A stretch of 64,000 nt of DNA from Callorhinchus milii (lineage: Eukaryota): NCBI RefSeq assembly GCF_018977255.1, contig NW_024704742.1:100628001-100692000 (forward strand). Direction: 5' to 3'. The number at the start of each line of letters is the position of its first letter. Within the stretch, counting starts at the first letter, position 1. The translations under genes and the position numbers were made by a program. Positions 63,991-64,000 of the stretch are shown here, piece after piece. The notes under the pieces were generated by a model, which was given only the letters and a program-made list of their open reading frames with translations, was not told where the DNA came from and made no database searches.

Positions 63991-64000
63991 CTGAAGATAC

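Noticed and set aside
1..64000. CRISPR arrays, operons or other prokaryotic systems; intact autonomous transposons
   Set aside because: The DNA is intron-containing and vertebrate, has no regular repeat-spacer array, and all LINEs are truncated or frameshifted

Overview
This is AT-rich, repeat-dense vertebrate genomic DNA. The repeat complement (Deu-domain and tRNA-derived SINEs, CR1 and L2 LINEs, a shark-type Penelope remnant) points to a cartilaginous fish, probably a chimaera (inference). Two protein-coding genes lie on the minus strand. (1) The 5' end of sorting nexin 2 (SNX2): coding exon 1 (9443-9556) in a CpG-island promoter with clustered E-box/CLEAR-like motifs, and exon 2 (166-283). 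(2) Directly upstream, a roughly 20-exon coiled-coil gene (about 14.5-56.7 kb, probably continuing beyond the window). I assembled it by hand from GT-AG boundaries and matching phases into about 890 aa; its C-terminus resembles FAM186-family proteins. Most ORFs in the supplied track are repeat fragments or chance ORFs. Main leads: an unclassified ~650-700 bp repeat with six co-oriented intronic copies, one circularly permuted; a ~350-bp-arm inverted duplication in SNX2 intron 1; a candidate 15-nt microexon; and a SINE that shares its 3' tail with a local L2. All family names come from recalled consensus motifs, not database searches. Repeat boundaries are approximate.
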